The notes: a model not told the origin generated them from the sequence alone. A stretch of DNA of 64,000 nt from an uncultured Verrucomicrobiae bacterium (GCA_963837955.1 CAWIPH010000002.1:640001-704000), one strand, 5' to 3'; positions 51,411 through 60,696 are shown, numbered from the stretch's first letter. Made by a program: numbers and translations.

Positions 51411-51548
51411 AGACTGTGACGCCCGCCGTGTAGCTGGCGATGACGACAGCGCGTCGAGCGACTCCTATTCGTTATCTCTAAAGCTCAGAAGCGCAGCATC
51501 CGGAGGAAAGCCGAAAGTGTGTCACTTTCTGACGAGATCTTTACACTT
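51291..51548 (-). repeat. Direct repeat copy B: upstream region plus first ~40 codons of the OFA gene
   Basis: Homologous to 49745-49995; contains palindrome GAAAGTG-TGT-CACTTTC. Confidence 0.88.
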
Positions 51549-52497
51549 ACCCTCCACGGGAGGCTCCGGGCGGAACACCTGCCAGCCGTCGATAAAAGCG
51601 TACGAAGTAGGATACGTTTCGAAAGTTTAGCCGATAAGCGATTTCTGAGATCGTCAAGTCGGTGTAGGTTAGCAAACGCCGAGCCTCTAACAGGGTTCGA
51701 TCGCGAATCCAGGCGCTTGGTGATTTCCCTGTCTCTGCCAGGATAGTATCGACCAGAACGCGTGGACTGACCGACAGAGCCGATGTGTAATAGCTGGCCC
51801 GCCGGAGTTTTCCTTCCTCCTTTTCGAGGAGTGACAGAAAACGGTTTGTTAACTGGGTCGAGTACCCCTGCACTTCAACCGCTGGTATGCTCAAGCAGAG
51901 CCGATGCAGCCGGATCAAAAGCGCGGTCACTTGAGAACGGAGCATGTCGCCGTGAAATTCCGCGTTCCCGTGGTATTCGTCGGCCAAGTCTTTGAATGCG
52001 GCCCGGAGAATCCGATAAGTTGACCCAGCCATTTGAAAAGTGGCTCGATCTTTTGTCGTCGCGCTAAACTGCGCTAGATCATGAAGCAGACGATTAGGCC
52101 GATCATTTCCACCGAAGAGTGACGCCGGTTCAAAACATAAAACATAACCATTTAACGTGTCATTCCATTTCCAGGCGTGGACTTGGCCCGGCGGAACGAA
52201 AATCAGACTCCCCCGAGTGATTGGGTAACTTTGGCCGTCGCCCACAAAGGTGCCATTGCCCGATTCAATCCAGAATAAATGGTAAAAATCGTGCCGGTGC
52301 GGAATGTGCCGAAAGGGCACCTGCTTCGTGAGTTGCTCGATTGAGATTCCTAAAAACTGGTCAACGTCGCCACGACCGCTAGCCATTGGAAATAGCGGAA
52401 TTTTAAGCGGTTTTTCAGACAACATTTTCAGATCGCAAGCCGGCCAAAATAATCGACTCACTTTAGATGGCGTGCAAACGCACGATCTTTCCGGCAC
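51547..52497 (-). CDS. AraC family transcriptional regulator (cupin-type sensor domain)
   Basis: PHRHDFY, PPGQVH; C-terminal LLEARRLL...ISEIAY.L.F....YF.RF. True start may be downstream. Confidence 0.9.
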   Translation of the reverse strand: MPERSCVCTPSKVSRLFWPACDLKMLSEKPLKIPLFPMASGRGDVDQFLGISIEQLTKQVPFRHIPHRHDFYHLFWIESGNGTFVGDGQSYPITRGSLIFVPPGQVHAWKWNDTLNGYVLCFEPASLFGGNDRPNRLLHDLAQFSATTKDRATFQMAGSTYRILRAAFKDLADEYHGNAEFHGDMLRSQVTALLIRLHRLCLSIPAVEVQGYSTQLTNRFLSLLEKEEGKLRRASYYTSALSVSPRVLVDTILAETGKSPSAWIRDRTLLEARRLLTYTDLTISEIAYRLNFRNVSYFVRFYRRLAGVPPGASRGG

Positions 52498-52642
52498 GCG
52501 ACATGGAGGACTCGGGCTTCAAGAGAATCATGGCAGCGCAACAAACGGCATCCTCGAAGTTGTCGGAGTTATGTGCCGCTGCTGGTTTAAGGACACTCCA
52601 GGAAAAATTGGACCGATTGAGCGGGTTGGGAGAAACCAATTC

Positions 52643-53911
52643 CTATCGCGAAATAAACCAGAGTCCGAGACTGGCGAGCAAAAGTGCGAAGGGCATTACG
52701 ATGACGCCGATCTTCAAAAAGGTCCACGCGCTGATCTTCAGATTCTCTCGTCGCAGAGCGATGAGCCAGAGAATCGTTGCCAAGGATCCGGTCACCGACA
52801 GGTTTGGACCAAGATCAATCCCAATGAGCATGGCGCTTGCCAGCTTGCCGGACCCAACGGAGGCGTGCAGCGCGCTGGCTCCGATAAGTCCTACTGGAAG
52901 GTTATTAAGGAGGTTCGAAACAGTGGCAAAGCCAAAAGCCGTAGCGAGATTCGCCGCGAGTGGTGGCCATTCGCTCAGCTTGTCGAGGAGGTTTCGGGCG
53001 AGTTGCAGACCGCCAGCCGAGTCCAACGCGTCGACGATCACGAACAGACCCGCTACGAGTGGTAATACGCTCCACGATACGCCGCGTCCTACGGCGAGTG
53101 GTGCCTGGCGATCCCATAGCGTGATGAAGAGAGTGATGGCGAGCGCGGTGATGCATGTTGGCACCCCCAGAGACCCACCGGTGGCCGAGCAGAACAAGAG
53201 CACTCCGGCCGTTGCGATGACGCCGAGCACGGTCAACTTACCGGCGACCGAGAGCCGAAAATCCTCAAGAACATTAGGTATCTGACCTTGGAGCTCCCTC
53301 CAAAAGAGGCCTCGGATAGCGAGGTAAGTCGCGAGAATTGCAGCAACGGCCGGGAGAAGAAATATTCGCAACCAAGGAAGCAACGGCGGGAGATTATTGC
53401 CGAACACCACGAGATTGGCCGGATTCGAGATCGGTAATACGAAGCTCGCGGCGTTCGCGATGAAAGCGCAAGCGAACAGATAGGGCAAAGGATTTCCATT
53501 CGTCCGTTTCACCACAGCATAAACGGCCGGGGTGAGCACGACAGCGGTCGCGTCGTTCGATAATACCGTCGTAACCACGATTCCGACCAGGTAAATCAAA
53601 GCGAAGAGCCGGGCGCGAGATCCCGCGGCAGCGCGCAGGGCGATGCCAGCGAGCCAATCGAAAACGCCCTCGCGCCGGGCGAGCTCCGCTAGAATCATCA
53701 TCCCTGTAAGAAACAGGTATACATCGTACCCTTTTCCGACGGCGCTTAGGGCTTCGGTAAAAGGGACCAGACGGAAGGCGAGAAGCAGGCCCGCGCCCAA
53801 GCAGGCCCAAACGGCTTCTGGGATTCGCTTCGGTCTGATGAACATCGCGGCAACAGTTGAAGCGGCGATGGTCCAGGTCACAAATGGGGCAGGCAATAGA
53901 CCAAGAAACAT
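52643..53911 (-). CDS. ArsB/NhaD (IT superfamily) anion permease
   Basis: LSNDATAVVLTP, ANAASFVLPISNPANLV, NNLP, DLGPNLSVTGSLATILW. Confidence 0.82.
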   Translation of the reverse strand: MFLGLLPAPFVTWTIAASTVAAMFIRPKRIPEAVWACLGAGLLLAFRLVPFTEALSAVGKGYDVYLFLTGMMILAELARREGVFDWLAGIALRAAAGSRARLFALIYLVGIVVTTVLSNDATAVVLTPAVYAVVKRTNGNPLPYLFACAFIANAASFVLPISNPANLVVFGNNLPPLLPWLRIFLLPAVAAILATYLAIRGLFWRELQGQIPNVLEDFRLSVAGKLTVLGVIATAGVLLFCSATGGSLGVPTCITALAITLFITLWDRQAPLAVGRGVSWSVLPLVAGLFVIVDALDSAGGLQLARNLLDKLSEWPPLAANLATAFGFATVSNLLNNLPVGLIGASALHASVGSGKLASAMLIGIDLGPNLSVTGSLATILWLIALRRENLKISAWTFLKIGVIVMPFALLLASLGLWFISR

Positions 53912-54055
53912 AAAATAACTTTTTTTATTGTTGATGGGGTCGTGGATCTGCGAGGCAGCTACAAAAGCTAGGCCAAGAGCAAGTGGGCGATTTTCGCGCG
54001 GCTCTGAAGCAGTCGTTAGCAAGGACTACAGAACTCAGCGCGAGGGGATCGCCGA

Positions 54056-54694
54056 CTAGGACTCTTCCTCGCGAACCCGTCTGTCGTCTGGATGCCTTTT
54101 CGGTTTTACCGGAGGCGGCTCAACCAGAGTAAGCGCGTCGGCAGATGGGCCGACCATCGCGACGGCGACCGTTTGGCCGAGATCGTTAACTGTTCCGAAG
54201 CCGACCGCTGCAAGCAGCTGACCTTTTCGAAGGAGTTTTGCGAACTGCCTGCCCGCATGCGGTGGAAAATGCAGAAGGGTGCCGTCCTCGAAGATGACTC
54301 CGTCTACCTCACCGTGCGGATTCCGTCTGACTACTCGGATTGTACCTGCAACGCTCAGCGGCTGAAGCGCACTAAGCGTACTGGCGCGTTCCGGTGGCGC
54401 TGGTTTGATCTCACGGATCGCGCGTCCGGTGGCAGGATTTGCGATCACGTGGCCTTTGAGCAATCTCTCTGCTTCGAGATGGCCATTGGCATGGACGCGC
54501 TCCTTGGGCTTAATCACCTGGACCAGCTCTCGCGCGAGATGCGGCGGGAATTTAATTACAGTGCAGTCGTCCAGTAATAAACCGTCGACTTCGCCACGTG
54601 GATTGAGGAGATATTGCGAGACCGTGCCTTCCACCTCTGTCGGAAAAGGCCCCTTGTCGAGCGGGTGCGGCCCGCCCCTGAATTCGTCTTTCAT
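54056..54694 (-). CDS. Hypothetical protein with two internal OB-fold-like repeats
   Basis: NPRGEVDGLLLDDCTVIKFPPH and NPHGEVDGVIFEDGTLLHFPPH. Confidence 0.7.
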   Translation of the reverse strand: MKDEFRGGPHPLDKGPFPTEVEGTVSQYLLNPRGEVDGLLLDDCTVIKFPPHLARELVQVIKPKERVHANGHLEAERLLKGHVIANPATGRAIREIKPAPPERASTLSALQPLSVAGTIRVVRRNPHGEVDGVIFEDGTLLHFPPHAGRQFAKLLRKGQLLAAVGFGTVNDLGQTVAVAMVGPSADALTLVEPPPVKPKRHPDDRRVREEES

Positions 54695-54958
54695 TTCTGT
54701 ATCCTGTTTTTGGTAAGGCCGATTCTGCGGCCAAGTACTAGGATACACAGATTTCACACTGATGCACACTCGGTGCTATTCCCCGGCCGGATAACTGATG
54801 GTCACCTTTCTGAGCTAGCGACGAGAGACAGAGGTCAGTTTTCCACCCTGGACCGACGGTTTCCCGACGCGTTCGTCATACCCTGAAGTGAACTCAAATC
54901 TGCCGGAAAACCGCTTGCGGCAGCAGATTTCGACTATAGTATTCCATTCCCTTTTGTC

Positions 54959-55030
54959 GGGTTGGTAGCTCAATGGTAGAGCAGCGCCCTTTTAAGGCGT
55001 TGGCTGTGGGTTCGAGTCCCACCCAACCCA
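54959..55030 (+). tRNA. tRNA-Lys(TTT)
   Basis: Acceptor GGGTTGG/CCAACCC, anticodon stem-loop GCGCC-CTTTTAA-GGCGT, GTTCGAGTC T-loop; CCA not encoded. Confidence 0.93.
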
Positions 55031-55063
55031 GTTTAAGGATTAAGGCTCTCTAATGGTGGGCCC

Positions 55064-55142
55064 TTGTGACCCATCGGTCGCATGAGACTTATGAGTCGCA
55101 TGGGACTCATGAGTCCCATAAGACACAGGCCCTATGTGTCCT
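55064..55142. repeat. 9-bp-period degenerate tandem repeat, locus 3
   Basis: ATCGGTCGC ATGAGACTT ATGAGTCGC ATGGGACTC ATGAGTCCC ATAAGACAC. Confidence 0.7.
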
Positions 55143-55171
55143 GCGAACGGGCTCCTCAAAACCTGATATGG

Positions 55172-55208
55172 CTGGAGCCGGCCACCTCGTGGAGGAGACC
55201 GGCTCCAG
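55172..55208. terminator. GC-rich hairpin between tRNA-Lys and the convergent phosphodiesterase gene
   Basis: CTGGAGCCGG...CCGGCTCCAG 10-bp stem just past the stop at 55223; no strong U-tract. Confidence 0.4.
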
Positions 55209-55222
55209 TTGATCCTGGGACT

Positions 55223-56992
55223 CTAGAAGAGGGGCTGCGTGCCCTCGATATGAACCGCCTGGAGCTCTTCGGGGTTAAGACCGAGCAACTCCAGAATAGT
55301 CGGGGCGATTTGCGTTGTCTCTACCGGCGCCGTGACATTCAGGCCGCTGGTCGCTCCGGGCCACGCCACGAGGATGGGAACGTTTCGATCCTCGGGATGA
55401 TCACCACCGTGCTCGGCGATCTTGGCCTGATGGGCGGTATAGACGACCCCGTACTGAGCGATGCCGATCACGTCAGGTACCCGGGGATCACTCTCAGAGA
55501 CCCCGATGAGCTGCGCCGCGGCCACGCCCGTGTATACCTGCCAAAGACCCGCAGACTTGACGGGCTTGCCGTCGACGCTCGCCGTGGAATCGTGGTAGTC
55601 AATAAGGAATTGCCTCGCAAAATCGGTGGCCGCGGTGGACTTATCGTTGAGCCAGAGGACCATGCCGTCATCGTTGACCCCAAACGCTACCAAGGGTTTC
55701 GCGTTCGGATTTCCATTTTGGTGGGAGCTGTTCCACGCAGCGTTGAGAGCGGCGGTAATTTTGCTGTCGTCGATCCGGTTGAGGGCAGCGAGATTCATTG
55801 GCGACTGCCCGTGTTTGGCCGACACGATGATCGCGGTGCTGTTGAGAAGTCCCTGGCTCCCGAGAGCGCTCACCATCTGGCCAAGGGATCGGTCAATGAA
55901 GTCGAGCGCGTTGGTCAAGACCGGCCCGGGAGTAGCACCATCGGCAAGATAACCGCCGTGTGCGGCCCCCGACAGGTCGCCCTCCGTTTTGGAAGTTGGC
56001 AGCTTCTGGCCTGTCGAAACTGTCTGGAAATTCATTCCAAAGATCGCCGGCGTCCCTGGGTCACCGGAGCCATCGTGGCGACGGCCATTGATCCAGTTGA
56101 TGACGGCCTGAACCTTGTAGGCGTCGTACTTCTGAGTCAAAAGGTTGTCCGTTGTCCAGTCGGGCTGGGTCGGGTCAGTTGGTGCCGTCGCGCTCGCGCT
56201 GCTGTTGATCTCGGGCGTAAAGAAATCATCAACGCCTTCGCCGGACGGCCCGGACAGGGCCAGGTAGGCGGGATGCTTGTCAGACCACGCGGTCAGCAAA
56301 TGGTGCTGGTGAGCTACCTCGAAAATGGTGTTTACGTGCAGATACTTATTGGGATAGATCGGCTCGCAGGTCGCGGGATCGACGGGCAAGTGCGTTGGAT
56401 CGATTACTTTCACCGGGTTGCCCGTCATGTGCAGAATGTTTTCCCAAGGATCAGGGTTGCCCTGAGCTGGGACGATGCCCTGACCCGCGTCGAGCGCGCC
56501 TAGATTAATGTCGGCAGCTTCGGTGTAGGCGACCTCTCCGCCAGGTGGGCGGCCAGTGCAGTTCGTGGTCCCTGGCGGGAACACCGCATGGTTCCAAGTG
56601 TCGTCATAGTAGATGCCAGTAGTTGCCGGGTTACCTCCCGTCACTTGCCCGGTCAGTCCAGGGAACGAGTCCGAGGGAAAGGGCGTGCTCGCGTTGGAGT
56701 AGTTGACACCTTGAGCCACCAGCATTGCCAACGTGGACTTAGGGTGGGTCTGGACGTACCAAACCAAATCGGATTGATGCATTCCGTCGACCGATATAAG
56801 CAGTACGTGTTCGACCTTCCCGATGCTGTCGTTTCCGGCCACTGCCGGGATCGCCAGCAGAATTCCGGCAACGGCGCCGCCAAGTATCGCGGTTGGACAC
56901 CGGAGTCTTCCGTCCCACGGACGCAAGAATCTGAACGTGTTGTTTAACCAAGTGGTATGTAACTTGGTTTTGATTTGAATCCCGCTTTTCAT
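55223..56992 (-). CDS. Alkaline phosphatase superfamily / type I phosphodiesterase-nucleotide pyrophosphatase, probably exported
   Basis: LLISVDGMH, PSDSFPG (nucleophile region), SAKHGQSP, AEHGG, IAPTIL; start uncertain. Confidence 0.82.
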   Translation of the reverse strand: MKSGIQIKTKLHTTWLNNTFRFLRPWDGRLRCPTAILGGAVAGILLAIPAVAGNDSIGKVEHVLLISVDGMHQSDLVWYVQTHPKSTLAMLVAQGVNYSNASTPFPSDSFPGLTGQVTGGNPATTGIYYDDTWNHAVFPPGTTNCTGRPPGGEVAYTEAADINLGALDAGQGIVPAQGNPDPWENILHMTGNPVKVIDPTHLPVDPATCEPIYPNKYLHVNTIFEVAHQHHLLTAWSDKHPAYLALSGPSGEGVDDFFTPEINSSASATAPTDPTQPDWTTDNLLTQKYDAYKVQAVINWINGRRHDGSGDPGTPAIFGMNFQTVSTGQKLPTSKTEGDLSGAAHGGYLADGATPGPVLTNALDFIDRSLGQMVSALGSQGLLNSTAIIVSAKHGQSPMNLAALNRIDDSKITAALNAAWNSSHQNGNPNAKPLVAFGVNDDGMVLWLNDKSTAATDFARQFLIDYHDSTASVDGKPVKSAGLWQVYTGVAAAQLIGVSESDPRVPDVIGIAQYGVVYTAHQAKIAEHGGDHPEDRNVPILVAWPGATSGLNVTAPVETTQIAPTILELLGLNPEELQAVHIEGTQPLF

Positions 56993-57136
56993 TTTGACTG
57001 TTTCTATGTCCACCCGAGCCGTCTGTGAATTGTGATCCGCTCGTTTCCCTGACGGTTCGGTGTTAGCCCACTCCGAGCGGAGGTAAGCTGCCTGACGATG
57101 CAATCAGACGGTGCGTTGAAAGACAACGTGACGAAT

Positions 57137-57164
57137 GTAACGATATGGTAACGGAGACGTCACG
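57137..57164 (-). promoter_or_regulatory. Three direct repeats at 11-bp spacing (OmpR/PhoB-like site)
   Basis: GTAACG (57137), GTAACG (57148), GTCACG (57159) upstream of the phosphodiesterase gene. Confidence 0.45.
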
Positions 57165-57305
57165 GACGCCGCTGGATAGGTTCTCGCAGTTTCTGCACCT
57201 GAATCAGCGGGCCAGATGCGAGCTTACGTCCGTCTTCCCATTCGTAGAAATCTCGCGGCCTTCCGGAAGCTTGACGCTCACGTTTCTCTCCCTGGAACGA
57301 GCCGA

Positions 57306-58154
57306 TCAAAATGGTGCCGTTGGTTTAACCACGAAATAAAAGAGCACAGCTACGATGCACTCTGCAGCTCCAAGGCCGGCGACGGTCACAATGTACTGCG
57401 CCCGTTGGGTCATCCCTATTCGCAGGCGTAGCGTCCGACCCGCAAGAACGACGAGAGCGGGGACAATCCACTGGAGCCAAGCCAAACCGGGAGGCAAGTC
57501 GGCATAAGCCGTACCGTTGAGCAACAGCAGAAAATGGAAAAGGAGCGTGACCTCGACGAATCCACGACCGAGAGCCGAGAAGCGTTGCGCGAGATACACG
57601 GCACCGACCGCGATTCCACCTGCGACCGCAAGCTCCGCCAGCTTGACTGACCCCGAGAAGAACAACATCGCGGCGGAAACGAGCAGCGGCAGAGTAAGCA
57701 GCAAGGGCGCACGCAGCGAAGCCGTCTCGAAATCCTGATGGAGGACTAATCGGACTAGGAGATAGCTCAGCAAGCCGGCCAGGAACCAGCATCCAAATAC
57801 CAAGGGTGTCCAACCATTTTGCGAGATTGGGAGCAGAGTCACCGCAATCCCAAGACTTACGCTGGCCAGAGCCGAGATCAGTTGTGCCGTCAAGAAACGG
57901 ATGCTCCGGAGAAGGGCGGCGAAGAGGAGTACGTACCCAATCCAGTGTTGGCTTTCCCGTGGGGGGAACGGCCAGCCGCCGTTTACCCATGCGCAGCTCA
58001 AGGCAAGAATAGCGGCGAGCAGCCACCAGAGGGCCACCCGCAGGCTTTCAGGCTGTTTGGCGAAGAGTCGGCCGAGAATGCTAGAACCGGCAAAGCTGGC
58101 AACTCCAACAGCCAGCAAGAAAGCCAGATTCGAGATGACAAACGCGTTCACCAT
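57306..58154 (-). CDS. Polytopic hypothetical membrane protein
   Basis: About ten hydrophobic segments; AAGGGG RBS. Confidence 0.65.
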   Translation of the reverse strand: MVNAFVISNLAFLLAVGVASFAGSSILGRLFAKQPESLRVALWWLLAAILALSCAWVNGGWPFPPRESQHWIGYVLLFAALLRSIRFLTAQLISALASVSLGIAVTLLPISQNGWTPLVFGCWFLAGLLSYLLVRLVLHQDFETASLRAPLLLTLPLLVSAAMLFFSGSVKLAELAVAGGIAVGAVYLAQRFSALGRGFVEVTLLFHFLLLLNGTAYADLPPGLAWLQWIVPALVVLAGRTLRLRIGMTQRAQYIVTVAGLGAAECIVAVLFYFVVKPTAPF

Positions 58155-58350
58155 AACCCCTTCATCGTGAGACCCGACGAGCTTACGCCATTTCGGGGTG
58201 CGCCGACTAGTCGAACATTTTCCCAGGGTTAAAACCCCGGGGCTGAGTCCTCCGGCTCCTGCGGAGCAATAACTACGCTTCCGCGACGCTTCTCCTCGCT
58301 GGAATTGTCGCGAATAAAGCGCGCAGAATCATCAACTGAACTGCTAACCG

Positions 58351-59136
58351 CTAACTCTTCTCGATCATCGCGTAGGCGTTATGGTTATGGATCGATTCGT
58401 AGTTCTCTGCTTCGACCCTGTACCAGGTAATGCGCGGATCAGCATTCGCTTTGACAGCGATATTGCGCACCAGATCTTCTACAAATACCGGATGCTCATA
58501 CGCCTGCTCCGTGACCGCCTTCTCGTCAGGACGTTTCAATAGACTGAACAACTCCGCGCTGCCGGACGTCTCGACCATGCGCACCAGGTCCTCGATCCAA
58601 ATTAAACTGCTAAAACGTACACCAAAGGTCACAAGACTCCGTTGATTGTGTGCGCCATGTTTACTGATTGCTTTGGAGCATGGGCACAAAGTGGTGACTG
58701 GGACCATCACCGTAACTTCAAATTCTGAATCGTTCTGGTAGGCGGTGGCATTTAACCGAACGCGGTATTCGAGCAATCCGGTGGCGCCGGTTACGGGCGC
58801 CTTCTTCTCGATGAAGTAAGGGAATTCGAATTCGACGTGAGCTGCCTCTGCGTCCAGTCGCGTCTGCAGTTCCCGCAAAATCACCTTGATATTATCAACG
58901 TGAATAACCGTTCCGTGATGATTGAGCACTTCGATGAACCGACTCATGTGAGTCCCTTTAAAGTGGTGCGGAAGATCGACGGTCAAACTCACGGTTGCCA
59001 CCGTGTGTTGCGAAGTGTGCGCTTTGTCGCGAACCAGGATTGGAAAACGCAGGTTCTTCACGCCGACGCGGTCGATGGCGACTTCCCGATGATCCGGCAG
59101 ATTTTGCGTATCGATCAAAGTAGTTTGCTGTTCCAT
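58351..59136 (-). CDS. folE2: GTP cyclohydrolase IB
   Basis: IDRVGV, KGTHMSRF, VTTLCPCSK, GAHNQRS, FVEDLVR, ESIHNHNAYA. Confidence 0.95.
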   Translation of the reverse strand: MEQQTTLIDTQNLPDHREVAIDRVGVKNLRFPILVRDKAHTSQHTVATVSLTVDLPHHFKGTHMSRFIEVLNHHGTVIHVDNIKVILRELQTRLDAEAAHVEFEFPYFIEKKAPVTGATGLLEYRVRLNATAYQNDSEFEVTVMVPVTTLCPCSKAISKHGAHNQRSLVTFGVRFSSLIWIEDLVRMVETSGSAELFSLLKRPDEKAVTEQAYEHPVFVEDLVRNIAVKANADPRITWYRVEAENYESIHNHNAYAMIEKS

Positions 59137-59206
59137 AGATTTCGTGTTGTCATGAAACGAAGGTACAGGGCGATAGTTTTTCGCATCCATTAATCGATTA
59201 CAGGCC

Positions 59207-60001
59207 GTGCAGGAATATCATCAATTGCTCCGTCTTGTCCTAGAAAAAGGACGTTCTAAGGACGACCGTACCGGAACTGGGACTATATCATATTTTGGCG
59301 CACAGGTGCGGTTCGATTTGCGTCAAGGATTTCCTCTCATCACCACGAAACGTGTTCATTTCAAGTCTGTCGTTTACGAGCTCCTTTGGTTTCTCCGTGG
59401 GGAAACAAACATTCGATTCCTTACCGACAATGACGTGACCATCTGGAACGAATGGGCGGACGAAAAAGGCGATCTTGGACGAGTCTACGGTGCGCAATGG
59501 AGAGGTTGGCGTAGTCCCGACGGGAAGTTAGTAGACCAAATTGCTCAGGTGGTCGAAATGATCCGAAAAAATCCAGACAGCCGCCGGCTGATCGTGTCGG
59601 CTTGGAACCCGGCCGAATTGGGCGAAATGGCCTTGCCGCCTTGCCATGCCCTATTCCAGTTCTATGTGTCGGAGGGACAACTGAGCTGCCAATTATACCA
59701 GCGAAGTGCGGACCTTTTCCTAGGTGTGCCATTTAACATCGCTTCTTATGCGCTGCTTACGCAAATGATGGCGGCCGTGTGCAGTCTTGAGCCGGGAATT
59801 TTCGTACACACCTTTGGGGACTTGCATATCTATAAAAACCACCTGGACCAAGTGCGCGAACAGTTAAGTCGGACGCCTAGACCGCTTCCCAGAGTACTCT
59901 TTCAGCGGATTCCCGATCGTCTCGAAGACTTTCAGTACGAGGATATTGAGTTGCTAAAGTACGATCCCTATCCGCCCATCAAAGCGCCGATCGCGGTATG
60001 A
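59207..60001 (+). CDS. thyA: Thymidylate synthase
   Basis: [42 protein letters not shown]. Confidence 0.97.
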   Translation: MQEYHQLLRLVLEKGRSKDDRTGTGTISYFGAQVRFDLRQGFPLITTKRVHFKSVVYELLWFLRGETNIRFLTDNDVTIWNEWADEKGDLGRVYGAQWRGWRSPDGKLVDQIAQVVEMIRKNPDSRRLIVSAWNPAELGEMALPPCHALFQFYVSEGQLSCQLYQRSADLFLGVPFNIASYALLTQMMAAVCSLEPGIFVHTFGDLHIYKNHLDQVREQLSRTPRPLPRVLFQRIPDRLEDFQYEDIELLKYDPYPPIKAPIAV

Positions 60002-60159
60002 TGTCGGGAAAGGAATCTAGAATTTAGAAGTCACGAGGCGGTTCGGCGACGCTGCCGGAGCCTATTCCCAATCGTTCTTGCCGTGATGTTCAACAGCAAA
60101 ATTTGGCTATCGGCTATTGGCAATCGGCTATTCCATTCGAGCCTGGAGGCGAGAATGGA

Positions 60160-60618
60160 ATGAAGGCGATTGCTGCGATGACTCCCAGTCGGGTGATTGG
60201 CCGTGGAAATAGTATCCCGTGGAAGATTCCTGGCGAACAAAAGTGGTTTAAAGAAGTTACGATCGGGCACTGCGTTTTGATGGGCAGCAAAACCTATACA
60301 TCGATCGGAAAACCGCTTCCCGGTAGGCGGAATCTGGTCGTGAGCCGGAAACAGACTTGGCCGGGGGTCGAAATGATTCGAGATCTTTCTGTGTTCGATC
60401 CCGCTGACTACCGCGAGGAGATTTACGTGATAGGTGGTGCCGAGATCTATGAGCAACTCATTGACCGATGTGATGAGCTCTTGATTACTCAACTCAAAGC
60501 AGAGTACCCAGGTAACATCTATTTCCCGGAATACGAATCCCGGTTCTCAATTACCGAAGAAATCCGGGATACGCCGGATTACCGGATTCACCGATATGCC
60601 CGTCGGGTGGACCCATGA
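60160..60618 (+). CDS. folA: Dihydrofolate reductase
   Basis: VIG..N.IPW, MG.KT..SIGKPLPGR.N.V.SR, VIGGAEIY; start at MKAIAAM. Confidence 0.93.
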   Translation: MKAIAAMTPSRVIGRGNSIPWKIPGEQKWFKEVTIGHCVLMGSKTYTSIGKPLPGRRNLVVSRKQTWPGVEMIRDLSVFDPADYREEIYVIGGAEIYEQLIDRCDELLITQLKAEYPGNIYFPEYESRFSITEEIRDTPDYRIHRYARRVDP

Positions 60619-60696
60619 CACTCTGAAGTAGCTTGAACCGAAGTTTTTCACGAGCGCTGGATACGTCCTTTTTCACGCTCGCATCCGAATAATACC

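Noticed and set aside
52304..53285. 253-aa and 272-aa plus-strand ORFs
   Set aside because: Antisense to the well-supported AraC and ArsB-like genes.
20481..55030. Integrative element or genomic island anchored at tRNA-Lys
   Set aside because: No integrase, transposase or duplicated tRNA 3' end was found by eye. The region is accessory-like, but mobility is unsupported.
55064..55142. CRISPR array
   Set aside because: 9-bp degenerate units with no unique spacers and no cas genes.
55082..56503. 473-aa plus-strand ORF
   Set aside because: Antisense shadow of the phosphodiesterase gene. It starts inside the 9-bp repeat array and has no recognisable motifs.
58220..58268. Palindromic CCCAGGG-TTAAAA-CCCCGGG element downstream of folE2
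   Set aside because: Looks REP-like but has no second clear copy in the window, so it cannot be supported.
60103..60159. N-terminal extension of folA
   Set aside because: Produced by a 7-bp tandem repeat (TTGGCTA/TCGGCTA x4); the real start is ATG 60160.
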